Shown: piece after piece, positions 47,679 to 57,766 of the stretch
Numbering within the stretch: the stretch's first letter is position 1
Layout: the number at the start of each line of letters is the position of its first letter
Origin: Gemmatimonadales bacterium
Lineage (GTDB): Bacteria > Gemmatimonadota > Gemmatimonadetes > Gemmatimonadales > GWC2-71-9
NCBI GenBank assembly: GCA_036279355.1
Contig: DASUJH010000024.1
Coordinates: forward strand, 67,375-131,374
DNA: 64,000 nt
Direction: 5' to 3'
Translations under genes and position numbers: made by a program
The notes under the pieces: generated by a model
Told to the model about the DNA's origin: nothing
Database searches by the model: none
Seen by the model: the letters and a program-made list of their open reading frames with translations, nothing else

Positions 47679-48566
47679 TCACCCGCGGATCTCGGTGCCG
47701 GCGTCGCGCTCGACGAGCTTGATCGCCTCGAGATAGTCGGCGCCCTCTCCCAGCTCAGCCCGCGCCTCGGCAAAGAGCCGGCCTGCGAGGCGGATGAGCG
47801 GCCCGCGCACGCCGGTCTCGTCGAGCAGCCCAAGCGCGATGCGCACGTCCTTCTCGAGCAGTGCGAGTCGGAAGGTCTGCGGCCAGGCGCCGGTGAGCAC
47901 GCGGTCGGGCACGAGCGATTCGCTCACGAACGAGCGGCCGCTTGATGCATTGAGCACCGCGAGCGCGTGGCGGGCGGGCACGCCCGCCTTGACCAGCGCG
48001 ACAAAGCCTTCGGCGAACGCCTCGATGTGCACCGCGAGGAGGGCGTTATTCACCGCCTTCACCGCATCTCCCGCGCCCACCGGGCCCATGTGCTCGATGC
48101 GCTGGCCGAACGCGGCGAGCACCGGCATGGCGCGCGCAAACGTCGCCTCATCCGCGCCGACCATGACGGTGAGGGTGCCGGCCTCGGCGCCATTGGTGCC
48201 GCCGCTCACCGGGCAGTCGGCGTAGGCAACGCCGCGTGCGTGGAGACGTGCGGCAATCCGGCGCGCGCCAGCGGGATCGCCCGAGGTGCAATCGAGGAAG
48301 AGCGTGCCGCGCGCGAGACCGGCCTCGAGCCCCTCCGGCCCGTCGAGCAGCGATTCGACCTCGGCCGAGGTCGGCAGGCAGGCGAGCACCGTGCCGGCAC
48401 CAGCGGCGGCCGCGCGGGGGGTGGCAGCCGCGCGGCATCCGTGCGCACGAGCGAAAGCCTCCGCGCGCGCCGCGGTGCGATTCCACACGACGAGGTCGCC
48501 GCGGCGTGCCAGGTGCGCCGCCATCGGCGCGCCGATGGCGCCGAGGCCGAGAAAAGCGACGCTCAT
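47679..48566 (-). CDS. NAD(P)-dependent 3-hydroxyisobutyrate dehydrogenase-family oxidoreductase
   Basis: MSVAFLGLGAIGAPMAAHLARRG, DCPVSGGTNGAEAGTLTVMVGA, VKAVNNALLA. Confidence 0.92.
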   Translation of the reverse strand: MSVAFLGLGAIGAPMAAHLARRGDLVVWNRTAARAEAFARAHGCRAAATPRAAAAGAGTVLACLPTSAEVESLLDGPEGLEAGLARGTLFLDCTSGDPAGARRIAARLHARGVAYADCPVSGGTNGAEAGTLTVMVGADEATFARAMPVLAAFGQRIEHMGPVGAGDAVKAVNNALLAVHIEAFAEGFVALVKAGVPARHALAVLNASSGRSFVSESLVPDRVLTGAWPQTFRLALLEKDVRIALGLLDETGVRGPLIRLAGRLFAEARAELGEGADYLEAIKLVERDAGTEIRG

Positions 48567-48755
48567 GCGGCGCCGCGAGTGATGCGAGGCTGGAGCATCG
48601 CGGGAAGATAGAAATGGCCTGTGGGGTCGTCCATGGCCGGATCGCGCATCGGATTGACGGCGCTCGCGGCCCGGCGTACGCTCCGGCGCGGCCGTGTGGC
48701 GCAGCCGCGCCGCGGCGCCGCACGATGTTCTCGCCCCATTTCGTCGGAGGTGCCG

Positions 48756-49538
48756 ATGACTCGCCGGTTCTCGTGGTCGCGGGTGGTGCTCGCGGCACTG
48801 GGCGCGTGCCTCGTCCTCTTCATCGTGGGCCCGCTGCTCCGACTCCTCCTCGTGGCCTCGCCCGCGAGCTTGAGCACCGCGCTCGCCGATCCCGATCTGC
48901 GCGCTTCCATCGCCCTCACGGTGGTCACGGCCACCGCAGCCACCGCCGTCGCGACATTCCTGGGGGTGCCGCTCGCGTATCTGCTCGCGCGCCGCGACTT
49001 TCCGGGACGCCGCGCCGTGCAGGGCCTCATCGAGCTGCCCGTGGTCGTGCCCCACCCCGTCGCGGGGATCGCGCTCCTGCTGTTTCTCGGGCGGCGCTCG
49101 GCCCTGGGCGGCGCATTCGCGCAGATCGGGATCGAGTTCGTGAGCCACGTGCCCGGCATCGTGGCCGCCATGCTCTTCGTCTCCGCGCCGCTGCTCGTGA
49201 GCGGCGCGCAGGAGGCGTTTCGCTCGGTGGACCCCAAGCTCGAGCGGGTGGCCCGGTCGCTCGGCGACACGCCGGCGCGCGCCTTTCGCCGCGTGACACT
49301 GCCGCTCGCCGCGCGCGGCATTCTGGCCGGCGCCATTCTCGCCTGGGCCCGGAGTGCGAGCGAGTTCGGCGCCATCGTGATCCTCACTTACAATCCGAAG
49401 GTGGCGAGCACGTTCATCTTCGACACCTTCACCGCCCTCGGGCTCGAGGCGGCGGCGCCGGCCGCGGTCGTGCTGCTGCTCATCGCGCTGGGCATTTTCT
49501 TGCTCATTCGCCTGGTGCAGCCGATGGAGCGCGCGTGA
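48756..49538 (+). CDS. ABC transporter permease (molybdate/tungstate/sulfate type)
   Basis: GVPLAYLLARRDFPGRRAVQGLIELPVVVPHPVAGIALL, ARSASEFGAIVILTYNPKVASTFI. Confidence 0.88.
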   Translation: MTRRFSWSRVVLAALGACLVLFIVGPLLRLLLVASPASLSTALADPDLRASIALTVVTATAATAVATFLGVPLAYLLARRDFPGRRAVQGLIELPVVVPHPVAGIALLLFLGRRSALGGAFAQIGIEFVSHVPGIVAAMLFVSAPLLVSGAQEAFRSVDPKLERVARSLGDTPARAFRRVTLPLAARGILAGAILAWARSASEFGAIVILTYNPKVASTFIFDTFTALGLEAAAPAAVVLLLIALGIFLLIRLVQPMERA

Positions 49539-50581
49539 TCCAGCTCGACGGACTCACGGTGCGGGCCGGCGACTTCCTGCTTGGCGAAGTGTCGTTCGCC
49601 GTACCGCGCGGCGGGTACGGGCTCATCATCGGGCCCACGGGCTCGGGCAAGACCACGCTGCTCGAGGCGGTGGCGGGCCACGTGCCGCTCAAGTCGGGCC
49701 GCGTCCTCCTCAACGGCATGGACGTGACGGGCCTGCCGCCCGAGCGTCGCGAGCTGGGATTCGTATACCAGCAGTATCACCTGTTTCCCCATCTCACGGT
49801 ACGGGAGAACATCTGTTACGGGCTCCGGGGCCCGACGCGCGGGGATCGCGCCGGCGAGCTGGCGGAGTTGCTGGGCGTGACACCGTTGCTTAACCGGACG
49901 GTGCGCGGCCTGAGCGGCGGCGAGCAACAGCGGGTGGCCCTCGGTCGAGCGCTCGCTCCGCGACCGCGCATCCTCCTGCTGGACGAGCCGTTCGCCGCGG
50001 TGGACCCGGCGACCCGCCATCTGCTCCGCCGCGAGCTGCGCGCGCTGCACGAACGCGAGGGGATCACCACCCTGCAGGTGACCCACGACTTCGACGAAGC
50101 CATGCGCCTGGGCGACATCGTGGCCGTGCTCTCGGAGGGGCGGATCGCGCAGCACGGACCGCCCGAGGAAGTCTTCCGCTATCCCAATTCGGCCTTCGTG
50201 GCGCGATTTGTCGGCACCGGCAACGTGCTGGCGGGCACCGTGGAACGCTGCGATGCCTCGGGCGGCAGTCCGTTCGCGGCGCGGTTCACGAGTGGCGCGC
50301 TCACGCTCGAGGTTGTGGCCGAGCGCGAGGGACTGGCCCATGCGGTCATCCGGCCGGAGGACATCACGCTGAGCCGGGACGAGGCACCGAGCTCGGCGCG
50401 CAACCGCATGGCGGCGACCATAGCCCACCTCGAGTTGCTGGGGCCGATCATCCACGTGCACCTCGACGTCGGCCGCCCGCTCATCGCGGCAGTCACCGCG
50501 GCGTCGGCCGGCGCGATGGGGCTGCATCGCGGCGCGCGCGTGATGGTGGCGGTCAAGGCGACGGCCGTTCGTCTGGTCTAG
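49535..50581 (+). CDS. ABC transporter ATPase (molybdate/tungstate/sulfate type, TOBE-like C-terminus)
   Basis: GPTGSGKTTLLEAVAG Walker A, LSGGEQQRVALGRAL, ILLLDEPFAAVDP; GTG start overlaps permease stop. Confidence 0.93.
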   Translation: MIQLDGLTVRAGDFLLGEVSFAVPRGGYGLIIGPTGSGKTTLLEAVAGHVPLKSGRVLLNGMDVTGLPPERRELGFVYQQYHLFPHLTVRENICYGLRGPTRGDRAGELAELLGVTPLLNRTVRGLSGGEQQRVALGRALAPRPRILLLDEPFAAVDPATRHLLRRELRALHEREGITTLQVTHDFDEAMRLGDIVAVLSEGRIAQHGPPEEVFRYPNSAFVARFVGTGNVLAGTVERCDASGGSPFAARFTSGALTLEVVAEREGLAHAVIRPEDITLSRDEAPSSARNRMAATIAHLELLGPIIHVHLDVGRPLIAAVTAASAGAMGLHRGARVMVAVKATAVRLV

Positions 50582-50593
50582 GGTCTCGACGGA

Positions 50594-51787
50594 ATGCCCC
50601 CCCGCATCATCCATCTCGACCTCGACGCATTCTTCGTGGAAGTGTGCCGACAGCGCGACCCGGCACTCCGCGACGTCGAGCTGCTCATCGTGGGCGGCAG
50701 CCGGCATACGCGAGGCGTCGTGCAGTCGGCGTCATATGGGGCCCGGCGGTTCGGCGTGCACGCCGGGATGCCGATCGCCGAGGCGCGGCGGAGGTGCCCG
50801 GGCGCCACGTTCGCACACGGCGGGTTCGCCCACTACCGCGAGGCCTCGCGCGCCGTTCGGCGGGTGCTGGATGGCTTCTCGCCCACCGTGGTGATGGCAT
50901 CGCTCGACGAAGCGTACCTCGACTTTGCGGGCACCGAGCAGCTGCACCCCGTCTCGCTGCTCCCGCTGGGCGAAGCGCTCCGCGACGCCGTGAGGCGCGA
51001 GACCGGGCTCGAGTGCAGCATGGGAATCGCACCCAACCGGATGGTCGCCAAGCTGGCGTCAGATTGCGCCAAGCCCCGCGGCTTGATGGAGGTGCGCGCC
51101 GGATGGGAGGAGGGGTTTCTCGCGGGGCTACCGCTCCGGGCGCTGCCGGGTGTCGGACCCCGAACGGCGGAGCGGTGGGCGGCGCTCGGTCTCACCAACG
51201 TGGCCCAGGTGCAGCAGATGGACCGCGCCGGGCTCGAGCGGATCGTGGGCCCGGACGCAAAGCTGCTCAAGCTTCGGGCGCACGGCTACGGCGGCAGCGC
51301 GCTCCGGGCGGACCGCCTGCCACGCTCGGTGAGCCGCGAAACGACGCTGGCGCGCGATGCGCGTGATCCGGCGGAGCTCGCGTCGATTCTCGCGTTGCTC
51401 ACCGCGCGCGTGGCGGGACAACTTCGTGAGGAGCATCTCGTCGCGCGCACCGTGGCGCTCAAGCTCCGGCACGATGACTTCCGCACGGTCACGCGCCGAG
51501 TCACGCTGGACCATGCTACCGATCTTGACGCCGAACTGTACGGTGGGGCGGCCGCACTGCTTCGGGGCGCCTTTGCCGAGGTCCGGCGCCGCAATCGGGG
51601 CGTACGGCTCATCGGCATCGCGGCGACCGGCCTTGCGACGGCAGCGGACCGCGACCTGTTCGAGCCGCCGGAGCGCGCCAGGCTGCGCCAGTTGACGCGC
51701 GCGGTGGACGTCGTTCGCGAGCGGTTCGGGTTCGAAGCGATGATGCAGGCGCGGTTGCTTCGTTACAGGCGAGGTTCGGCGCCGTAG
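50594..51787 (+). CDS. dinB: Y-family DNA polymerase IV
   Basis: RIIHLDLDAFFVEVCRQRDP, VVQSASYGARRFGVHAGMPIAEARRRCP, MASLDEAYLDF. Confidence 0.95.
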   Translation: MPPRIIHLDLDAFFVEVCRQRDPALRDVELLIVGGSRHTRGVVQSASYGARRFGVHAGMPIAEARRRCPGATFAHGGFAHYREASRAVRRVLDGFSPTVVMASLDEAYLDFAGTEQLHPVSLLPLGEALRDAVRRETGLECSMGIAPNRMVAKLASDCAKPRGLMEVRAGWEEGFLAGLPLRALPGVGPRTAERWAALGLTNVAQVQQMDRAGLERIVGPDAKLLKLRAHGYGGSALRADRLPRSVSRETTLARDARDPAELASILALLTARVAGQLREEHLVARTVALKLRHDDFRTVTRRVTLDHATDLDAELYGGAAALLRGAFAEVRRRNRGVRLIGIAATGLATAADRDLFEPPERARLRQLTRAVDVVRERFGFEAMMQARLLRYRRGSAP

Positions 51788-51822
51788 CGCCGCGCGGCCG
51801 GCACGACCGCCACCTCCAGAGA

Positions 51823-52503
51823 CTAGCGCGCCGGGAAGTTCTCGCTGTTGAACCGGAGTCCCACGACGCGATTGCGCGCCTCGGCCACAGGACCGACATC
51901 GCGAAACTCCGCGGTGTGCCCAGCCGAATCGGCCGCGCGGACGGTGCTGTTGCCGTAGAGCCGGTAGTAGCCGATGAAAACGCGCTGGGCACCGGGCCGC
52001 ACCGCGCAACCGCAGTCGAGCGCACCCGCGAGCCCCGCGTTCACCGTGATCCGGAGCAGGCCGTTCGTCGCGTTGGTGATGAGCGGCGCGAAGTAATCGG
52101 CCGTGTCGGTGCGCGCTTCGGCCGCGCGCGCCATCGTGCCGCGCGGATTGGGCACGGCCCACGAATCCTGCATCTCTTCGCCCATCGGGCGATCATCGGC
52201 GGAGAGCGGGCGAACCAGCGCCCACCCGGCGACGAGCGCCCGGCGCGGCACCCGCGCCCGCACCGTGTCGCCGGGAGGCACGAGACGCGACGAGTCCCCG
52301 ATGGTAAGCCTCACCGTGCCGGCGAGGTCGTTGGCGAACACGAACGTCGGCCGGCCAAGGACGCGGGAGGCGGCGTACGCACCGGCGAGCACGAGCATCG
52401 ACGCCACCGCCGCGGCCAGCACCTGTCCACTCGCGCGGTGGGGCGGCACTGGAGGCGTCGGCGATGGCGACGCCGCGCCGGGAGTTGGCTCGGGGGTGGT
52501 CAT
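51823..52503 (-). CDS. Membrane-anchored hypothetical protein
   Basis: One TM (QVLAAAVASMLVLAGAYAASRVL) followed by extracytoplasmic domain. Confidence 0.5.
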   Translation of the reverse strand: MTTPEPTPGAASPSPTPPVPPHRASGQVLAAAVASMLVLAGAYAASRVLGRPTFVFANDLAGTVRLTIGDSSRLVPPGDTVRARVPRRALVAGWALVRPLSADDRPMGEEMQDSWAVPNPRGTMARAAEARTDTADYFAPLITNATNGLLRITVNAGLAGALDCGCAVRPGAQRVFIGYYRLYGNSTVRAADSAGHTAEFRDVGPVAEARNRVVGLRFNSENFPAR

Positions 52504-52576
52504 GGCCTGAATAGGCCGCCGCACCGGGCGCCGGGTCAACCCCCGACCGCCCGGCGAGGCGCCGCCCGCGGCGGGA

Positions 52577-53728
52577 TCAAAACATGTAGGAGGTGCCGAG
52601 CGCGAACGTCACCTGGTCCTTGGAGGGAGTCGCAGGGTCGCCGAAGACGGCGAGGCTCGAACGGTCGTAGCGCAGCTCGGGCCGGACGAGGACGTGCTGC
52701 CACCGTTTGATGTTGAGCGTCACCGTGCCGCTGCCGAACTTCTGGCCGGCGTTCGGCGGGAATCCGAACACGCCGGAGGTGCGGGTGCCGTCCTCATCGT
52801 TGATGTAGTCCCCCCGCACGGCGATACCGAGGACCGGCGTTACGTCGTAGGTCCCCCACGCGCCGAGACCCCACCATCTCGCCTTGCTCCCCGGTGACGG
52901 GAGGTCCTGCTCCTCCCCATAGTCGCCCTGCAAATAGACCGTCGCCTTTGGTCCCAGCTTCTGCGTCACCACGATCTCCCCGCCGGAACGCTTGCTGGTG
53001 CCGTTGGCCTGCTCGGCGCCGTAGTAGCCGAGCAGGCCGATGACGGTCCGGCCGGTGGGCGTGATGCCGATTCGGCCCATGAACGACTTTTGAGTGTTGT
53101 TGTCGCGCACGACGTCCCATCCGTTGAAGACGGCGAGCTCGAAATCGATGGCCGCTGACGGCTTCACGTCCACCCGAAGGCCGGTGTTCGTGAAATTCTC
53201 CAGGTACACGAACTGGTTGGCGACCGAGAGGTTCGGGTTTACCACGTCCTCGATCACCTCGATGCCCATGAGCGTGGCGAGCTTGCCCGCCTTGAATTGC
53301 ACATAGCGGCCCACTCCCGCGGGGATGTTGAGCGTGACGAAGGCCTGGGTGAGGTCGCCATTGTCACCCAGATCGAGGCCGAGCGACTGGGTGACCTTGG
53401 CGTCCTGCCCGAAGAGAAAGTCCGCGCGCACACCGGCATCGAAGCGGTCGGTCCGGACCGGCCGCTCGAGCACGACCTTGGCGGCGTTCAGCATGACCTG
53501 ATCGTGAAAGCGGTCGTAGAAGCGGCCGGCGACGGCGTCGCGGGTGTTCTGCGTCGAGTAGGTGTAGGAGGCGGTCACGAACCCGCTGATGGTGAGCGGC
53601 GGCCCGGAGGTATCGGCCGGCGCAGCGCTATCGGGCGCGGTGACCTGCCCGGTGGCATCCCGCGCCAGCAGCGATAACATGGCGGCGGCAACGGTCGCCG
53701 CGCGAGCACACCTCCGGAATCGCGTCAT
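52577..53728 (-). CDS. Outer-membrane beta-barrel porin (BBP2-like)
   Basis: Signal peptide, ISGFVTASYTYSTQNTRD, alternating amphipathic strands, terminal aromatic ...FALGTSYMF. Confidence 0.75.
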   Translation of the reverse strand: MTRFRRCARAATVAAAMLSLLARDATGQVTAPDSAAPADTSGPPLTISGFVTASYTYSTQNTRDAVAGRFYDRFHDQVMLNAAKVVLERPVRTDRFDAGVRADFLFGQDAKVTQSLGLDLGDNGDLTQAFVTLNIPAGVGRYVQFKAGKLATLMGIEVIEDVVNPNLSVANQFVYLENFTNTGLRVDVKPSAAIDFELAVFNGWDVVRDNNTQKSFMGRIGITPTGRTVIGLLGYYGAEQANGTSKRSGGEIVVTQKLGPKATVYLQGDYGEEQDLPSPGSKARWWGLGAWGTYDVTPVLGIAVRGDYINDEDGTRTSGVFGFPPNAGQKFGSGTVTLNIKRWQHVLVRPELRYDRSSLAVFGDPATPSKDQVTFALGTSYMF

Positions 53729-54074
53729 GAGCCCCCCTTCGAGTGAGTGGTCCCGGCCGATCAGGGCGGACACACGGACGGGGTCACCCGTCGCGGCGGC
53801 CGGGACGATGACGGGGGCAACCGCGGGTCCGGAGCAATGATATGGCTACGTGATGAATGTGTCAAGCAAGATATGTCAGATCTGCACTGCTCGATCAACG
53901 TAGATTCATTTGTTGATACTTATGCTGAAAATATGGATATTATGACTGCACTATTAGCACGATCTGCTTGACAGCCTGCAACTCACCCATTATTCTCTCC
54001 CCCACGCCCGGCAGCGCCCAAAGCGCCGTCCGGCGGGCCACCGAATACCACCCATTCACGGCTCGCGAGGTCCC

Positions 54075-55538
54075 ATGAGCACCACGGTCAGGCCCAGGGC
54101 TCCCCTCCGCACCGCGCCATCGAGCGACGCCGCGGCACTCCTCCAGTTGCTCAAGGACCGAAAAATCCAGGTCGTGGACGTGAAGTTCTGCGACCTGCCG
54201 GGCACGTGGCAGCACTTCTCGATCCCGGCGGCCACGCTCGACGCCGAGATGCTCAAGGAGGGGCTCGGGTTCGACGGCTCGTCGATTCGCGGCTTTCAGG
54301 CGATCAACGAGAGCGACATGCTGCTCGTGCCCGACGTGTCCACCGCGTTCATCGATCCGGTGCTCGAGGTGCCGACGCTCTCGCTCACCTGCGATATCTA
54401 CGACCCGGTCACGCTGGAGCCCTACTCGCGCGACCCCCGCTTCATCGCCTTCAAGGCCGAGGAATACCTCAGGACGACAGGCATCGCGACCGCCTGCTAC
54501 TGGGGCCCCGAGGCCGAGTTCTTCATTTTCAACTCGGTGCGCTTCGACCAGAACGCGTTCGAGGCGTATTACCATATCGATTCGGACGAGGGGATCTGGA
54601 ATTCGGGGTCCAACGGAAAGCCGAACCTGGGCCACCGGCCGCGCCACAAGGAGGGCTACTTCCCGGTGCCACCCGCCGACCGGCTGCAGGACGTGCGCTC
54701 GAAGATCATGCTGGCACTCATCGAGGCCGGGGTGCCGGTCGAGGTGCAGCATCACGAGGTAGCCACGGCGGGACAGGCGGAAATCGACTTCCGCTTCGGC
54801 ACGCTGGTCCAGACGGCCGACCGCCTGCTGGTCTACAAGTACATCGTGAAGAACGTCTGCCACAGCCTGGGCTACACGGCCACGTTCATGCCCAAGCCTC
54901 TCTTCGGTGACAACGGGTCCGGCATGCACGTGCACCAGTCGCTCTGGAAGGGCGACGAAAACCTCTTCTTCGACGAGAAGGGCTACGCGCTCCTGTCGGA
55001 GACGGCCCGGCACTACATCGGGGGTCTCCTCGCCCACGCGCCGGCGCTGCTTGCGCTCTGCGCGCCGACCACCAATAGCTACCGGCGGCTGGTGCCGGGC
55101 TTCGAGGCACCGGTCAACCTCATGTACTCGGCGCGGAACCGCTCGGCGATCTGCCGGATCCCGTGCTACTCGTCGAGCCCCAAGGCACGCCGCGTGGAGT
55201 TCCGCGCGCCTGATCCCACTGCCAACCCGTACCTCGCGTTTTCGGCGATGCTCATGGCCGGCCTCGATGGCATCACGCGGAGGCTCGAGCCGCCCGCCCC
55301 GATCGACGAGGACCTGTACGAGCTACACGACGAGCGCAAGGCGACGATCAAGACCGTGCCCGGGAGCCTCGCCGAGGCGCTCGATGCGCTCGAGCGCGAC
55401 CACGAGTTCCTGCTGGCCGGCGATGTCTTCACGCCGGACGTGATCGCTACCTGGATCGGCTACAAGCGGGCGAAGGACGTCGCGGCCGTGAGCTTGCGGC
55501 CGCATCCGTACGAGTTCTTCCTCTACTACGACGCGTAG
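54075..55538 (+). CDS. glnA: Type I glutamine synthetase
   Basis: [64 protein letters not shown]. Confidence 0.97.
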   Translation: MSTTVRPRAPLRTAPSSDAAALLQLLKDRKIQVVDVKFCDLPGTWQHFSIPAATLDAEMLKEGLGFDGSSIRGFQAINESDMLLVPDVSTAFIDPVLEVPTLSLTCDIYDPVTLEPYSRDPRFIAFKAEEYLRTTGIATACYWGPEAEFFIFNSVRFDQNAFEAYYHIDSDEGIWNSGSNGKPNLGHRPRHKEGYFPVPPADRLQDVRSKIMLALIEAGVPVEVQHHEVATAGQAEIDFRFGTLVQTADRLLVYKYIVKNVCHSLGYTATFMPKPLFGDNGSGMHVHQSLWKGDENLFFDEKGYALLSETARHYIGGLLAHAPALLALCAPTTNSYRRLVPGFEAPVNLMYSARNRSAICRIPCYSSSPKARRVEFRAPDPTANPYLAFSAMLMAGLDGITRRLEPPAPIDEDLYELHDERKATIKTVPGSLAEALDALERDHEFLLAGDVFTPDVIATWIGYKRAKDVAAVSLRPHPYEFFLYYDA

Positions 55539-55564
55539 GCACGCGGCGTGGGATCGGCTATTTT

Positions 55565-55614
55565 GGGGGTGCCCGCACGGGCGTGCCGCAGAGCTCGGCG
55601 TGCCGGGTACCCCC
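55565..55614. promoter_or_regulatory. Long imperfect stem-loop in glnA-PII intergenic region
   Basis: GGGGGTGCCCG (55565-55575) pairs with CGGGTACCCCC (55604-55614) with one G-U; stem extends inward (GCACG/CGTGC) past a bulge. Confidence 0.45.
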
Positions 55615-55630
55615 GAAGGAGCCAGAGAGG

Positions 55631-56026
55631 ATGAAACTGATCACCTGCATCATTCGGCCGGAGCGCCTTACCGAGGTGAAGGCGGCGCTTTTCCGTGCCG
55701 GGGTCACCGGCATCTCGATCAGCCGCGTAAGCGGCCACGGCGGCGAGCGAGACCTGGTGGAGCACTACCGTGCGTCGTCGATCGTGCTCGAGTTCCGCGA
55801 GAAGGTGAAGATCGAGATCGCTGTTTCGGACCCGTTCGTCGAGCCCACGATCAACGCCATCCTCACCTCGGCCCGTACCGGCGAGGTGGGAGACGGCAAG
55901 ATCTTCGTCCAGGCGCTGGAGCAGGTCATCCGCATCCGGACGGGCGAGACGGCGAACGCCGCGCTGACGCCGGTCACTGCCGACGAAGTGCAGCGGAGCG
56001 CGTTGCAGGCAGCCGGCTCGAAGTGA
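55631..56026 (+). CDS. glnB: PII signal transduction protein
   Basis: [71 protein letters not shown]. Confidence 0.9.
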   Translation: MKLITCIIRPERLTEVKAALFRAGVTGISISRVSGHGGERDLVEHYRASSIVLEFREKVKIEIAVSDPFVEPTINAILTSARTGEVGDGKIFVQALEQVIRIRTGETANAALTPVTADEVQRSALQAAGSK

Positions 56027-56049
56027 CGCGCTCAGCCGAATCGTTCCAT

Positions 56050-57726
56050 ATGGCCCATGAACTGCGCAGCCGCGAGATCACGGGAGGCCTTGAGCGCGCC
56101 CCCAACCGCGCCATGCTCCGCGCCGTCGGCTTCGGCGACGGCGATTTCTCCAAGCCCATCGTCGGCATCGCCAACGGATACAGCACGATCACACCCTGCA
56201 ACGCGGGGCTCGACCTGCTCGCGCACCGAGCCGAGGCGGCCGTGCGCGCGGCCGGCGGCATGCCGCAGCTCTTCGGCACCATCACGGTGAGCGACGGAAT
56301 CTCGATGGGCACCGAGGGGATGAAGTACTCCCTCGTCTCCCGCGAGGTGATCGCCGATTCGATCGAGACCGCCTGCGGCGCGCAGCGGATGGACGGCGTC
56401 GTTGCGATCGGGGGCTGCGACAAGAACATGCCGGGCGCCATGATCGCCATCGCCCGCATGAACATTCCGGCCATCTTCGTTTACGGCGGCACCATCAAGC
56501 CGGGCCATCTCGACGGGCGCGATCTCACCGTCGTGAGCGCGTTCGAAGCGGTCGGGCAGTTCAGCGCCGGACGCATCGGCGCCGACGAGCTGCTCGCCGT
56601 GGAGCGGCACGCCTGCCCCGGCCGTGGGTCGTGTGGCGGGATGTACACCGCCAACACGATGTCGTCGGTGATCGAGGCCATGGGCATGAGCCTCCCGGGC
56701 TCATCCACCATGGCCGCCGAGGACGTCGAAAAGGAAGAGAGCGCCGCTCGCTCGGGCGAAGTGCTGATGACGGCCGTCCGCCGCCAGTTGCTCCCCCGGC
56801 AGATCCTCACCCGGAAGGCTTTCGAGAACGGAATCAGCGTGGTGATGGCGCTCGGCGGCTCGACCAACGCGGTGCTGCACCTGCTCGCCATGGCGCGCGC
56901 GGCCGAGGTGCCGCTCACCCTCGACGATTTCGAGACCATCCGCGCACGCGTGCCGGTGCTTGCCGATCTCAAGCCGTCGGGCCGGTTCGTCGCGACCGAT
57001 CTGCACCGGGCCGGCGGCGTGCCGCAGGTGACGCGGATGCTGCTGGCGCACGGCCTGCTGCACGGCGACGCGCTTACCATCACCGGCGAAACGGTGGCGC
57101 AGGTGCTGCGCGACGTGCCCGACGAGCCGCCGGCGGAGCAGGAGGTGGTCCGGCCGTGGCGCCGCCCGGTGTACCCGCAGGGGCACCTCGCAATCCTGCG
57201 AGGCAACCTCGCGACCGAAGGCGCCGTCGCCAAGATCACGGGCGTCAAGACGCCGCGCATGACCGGCCCCGCCCGCGTGTTCGAATCCGAGGAAACGTGC
57301 CTCGAGGCGATTCTGGCCGGGAGCATTCGCCCCGGCGACGTCCTCGTGATCCGCTACGAGGGCCCGCGCGGCGGCCCCGGCATGCGGGAAATGCTGGCGC
57401 CCACGTCCGCCATCATCGGCGCCGGGCTCGGCGACAGCGTCGGGCTCATCACCGATGGGCGCTTCTCAGGAGGGACGTACGGGATGGTGGTGGGCCACGT
57501 CGCGCCCGAAGCCGCGGTCGGCGGTGCCATCGCGCTGGTGCACGATGGCGACCCGATCACGATCGACGCCGAGCGCCGGTTGCTACACCTCGAGTTGTCG
57601 GACGAGGTTCTGGCGCAACGGCGCGCCGAGTGGCGCGCGCCCGCGCCGCGCTACCGCGCGGGTGTGCTGCACAAGTATGCCCGGCAGGTCTCGAGCGCGA
57701 GCCTCGGCGCGGTGACCGATCTCTAA
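56050..57726 (+). CDS. ilvD: Dihydroxy-acid dehydratase
   Basis: [66 protein letters not shown]. Confidence 0.97.
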   Translation: MAHELRSREITGGLERAPNRAMLRAVGFGDGDFSKPIVGIANGYSTITPCNAGLDLLAHRAEAAVRAAGGMPQLFGTITVSDGISMGTEGMKYSLVSREVIADSIETACGAQRMDGVVAIGGCDKNMPGAMIAIARMNIPAIFVYGGTIKPGHLDGRDLTVVSAFEAVGQFSAGRIGADELLAVERHACPGRGSCGGMYTANTMSSVIEAMGMSLPGSSTMAAEDVEKEESAARSGEVLMTAVRRQLLPRQILTRKAFENGISVVMALGGSTNAVLHLLAMARAAEVPLTLDDFETIRARVPVLADLKPSGRFVATDLHRAGGVPQVTRMLLAHGLLHGDALTITGETVAQVLRDVPDEPPAEQEVVRPWRRPVYPQGHLAILRGNLATEGAVAKITGVKTPRMTGPARVFESEETCLEAILAGSIRPGDVLVIRYEGPRGGPGMREMLAPTSAIIGAGLGDSVGLITDGRFSGGTYGMVVGHVAPEAAVGGAIALVHDGDPITIDAERRLLHLELSDEVLAQRRAEWRAPAPRYRAGVLHKYARQVSSASLGAVTDL

Positions 57727-57766
57727 CCCATCGAAACGCGCCGGCCTCGCGCGCGATCCTTTCTAG

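Noticed and set aside
43626-47945. 1439-aa plus-strand ORF
   Set aside because: Antisense to actA, trmJ, pilT and others; composition rich in Arg/His/Gly/Ala with no motifs. Typical GC-driven open frame opposite real genes.
48236-50581. 781-aa ORF ending in the ABC ATPase
   Set aside because: The first roughly 430 residues overlap the dehydrogenase (antisense) and permease genes in another frame; the real ATPase starts at the GTG at 49535.
55565-55614. Rho-independent terminator after glnA
   Set aside because: Strong stem but no downstream T-tract on either strand; kept instead as a structured element of unknown role.
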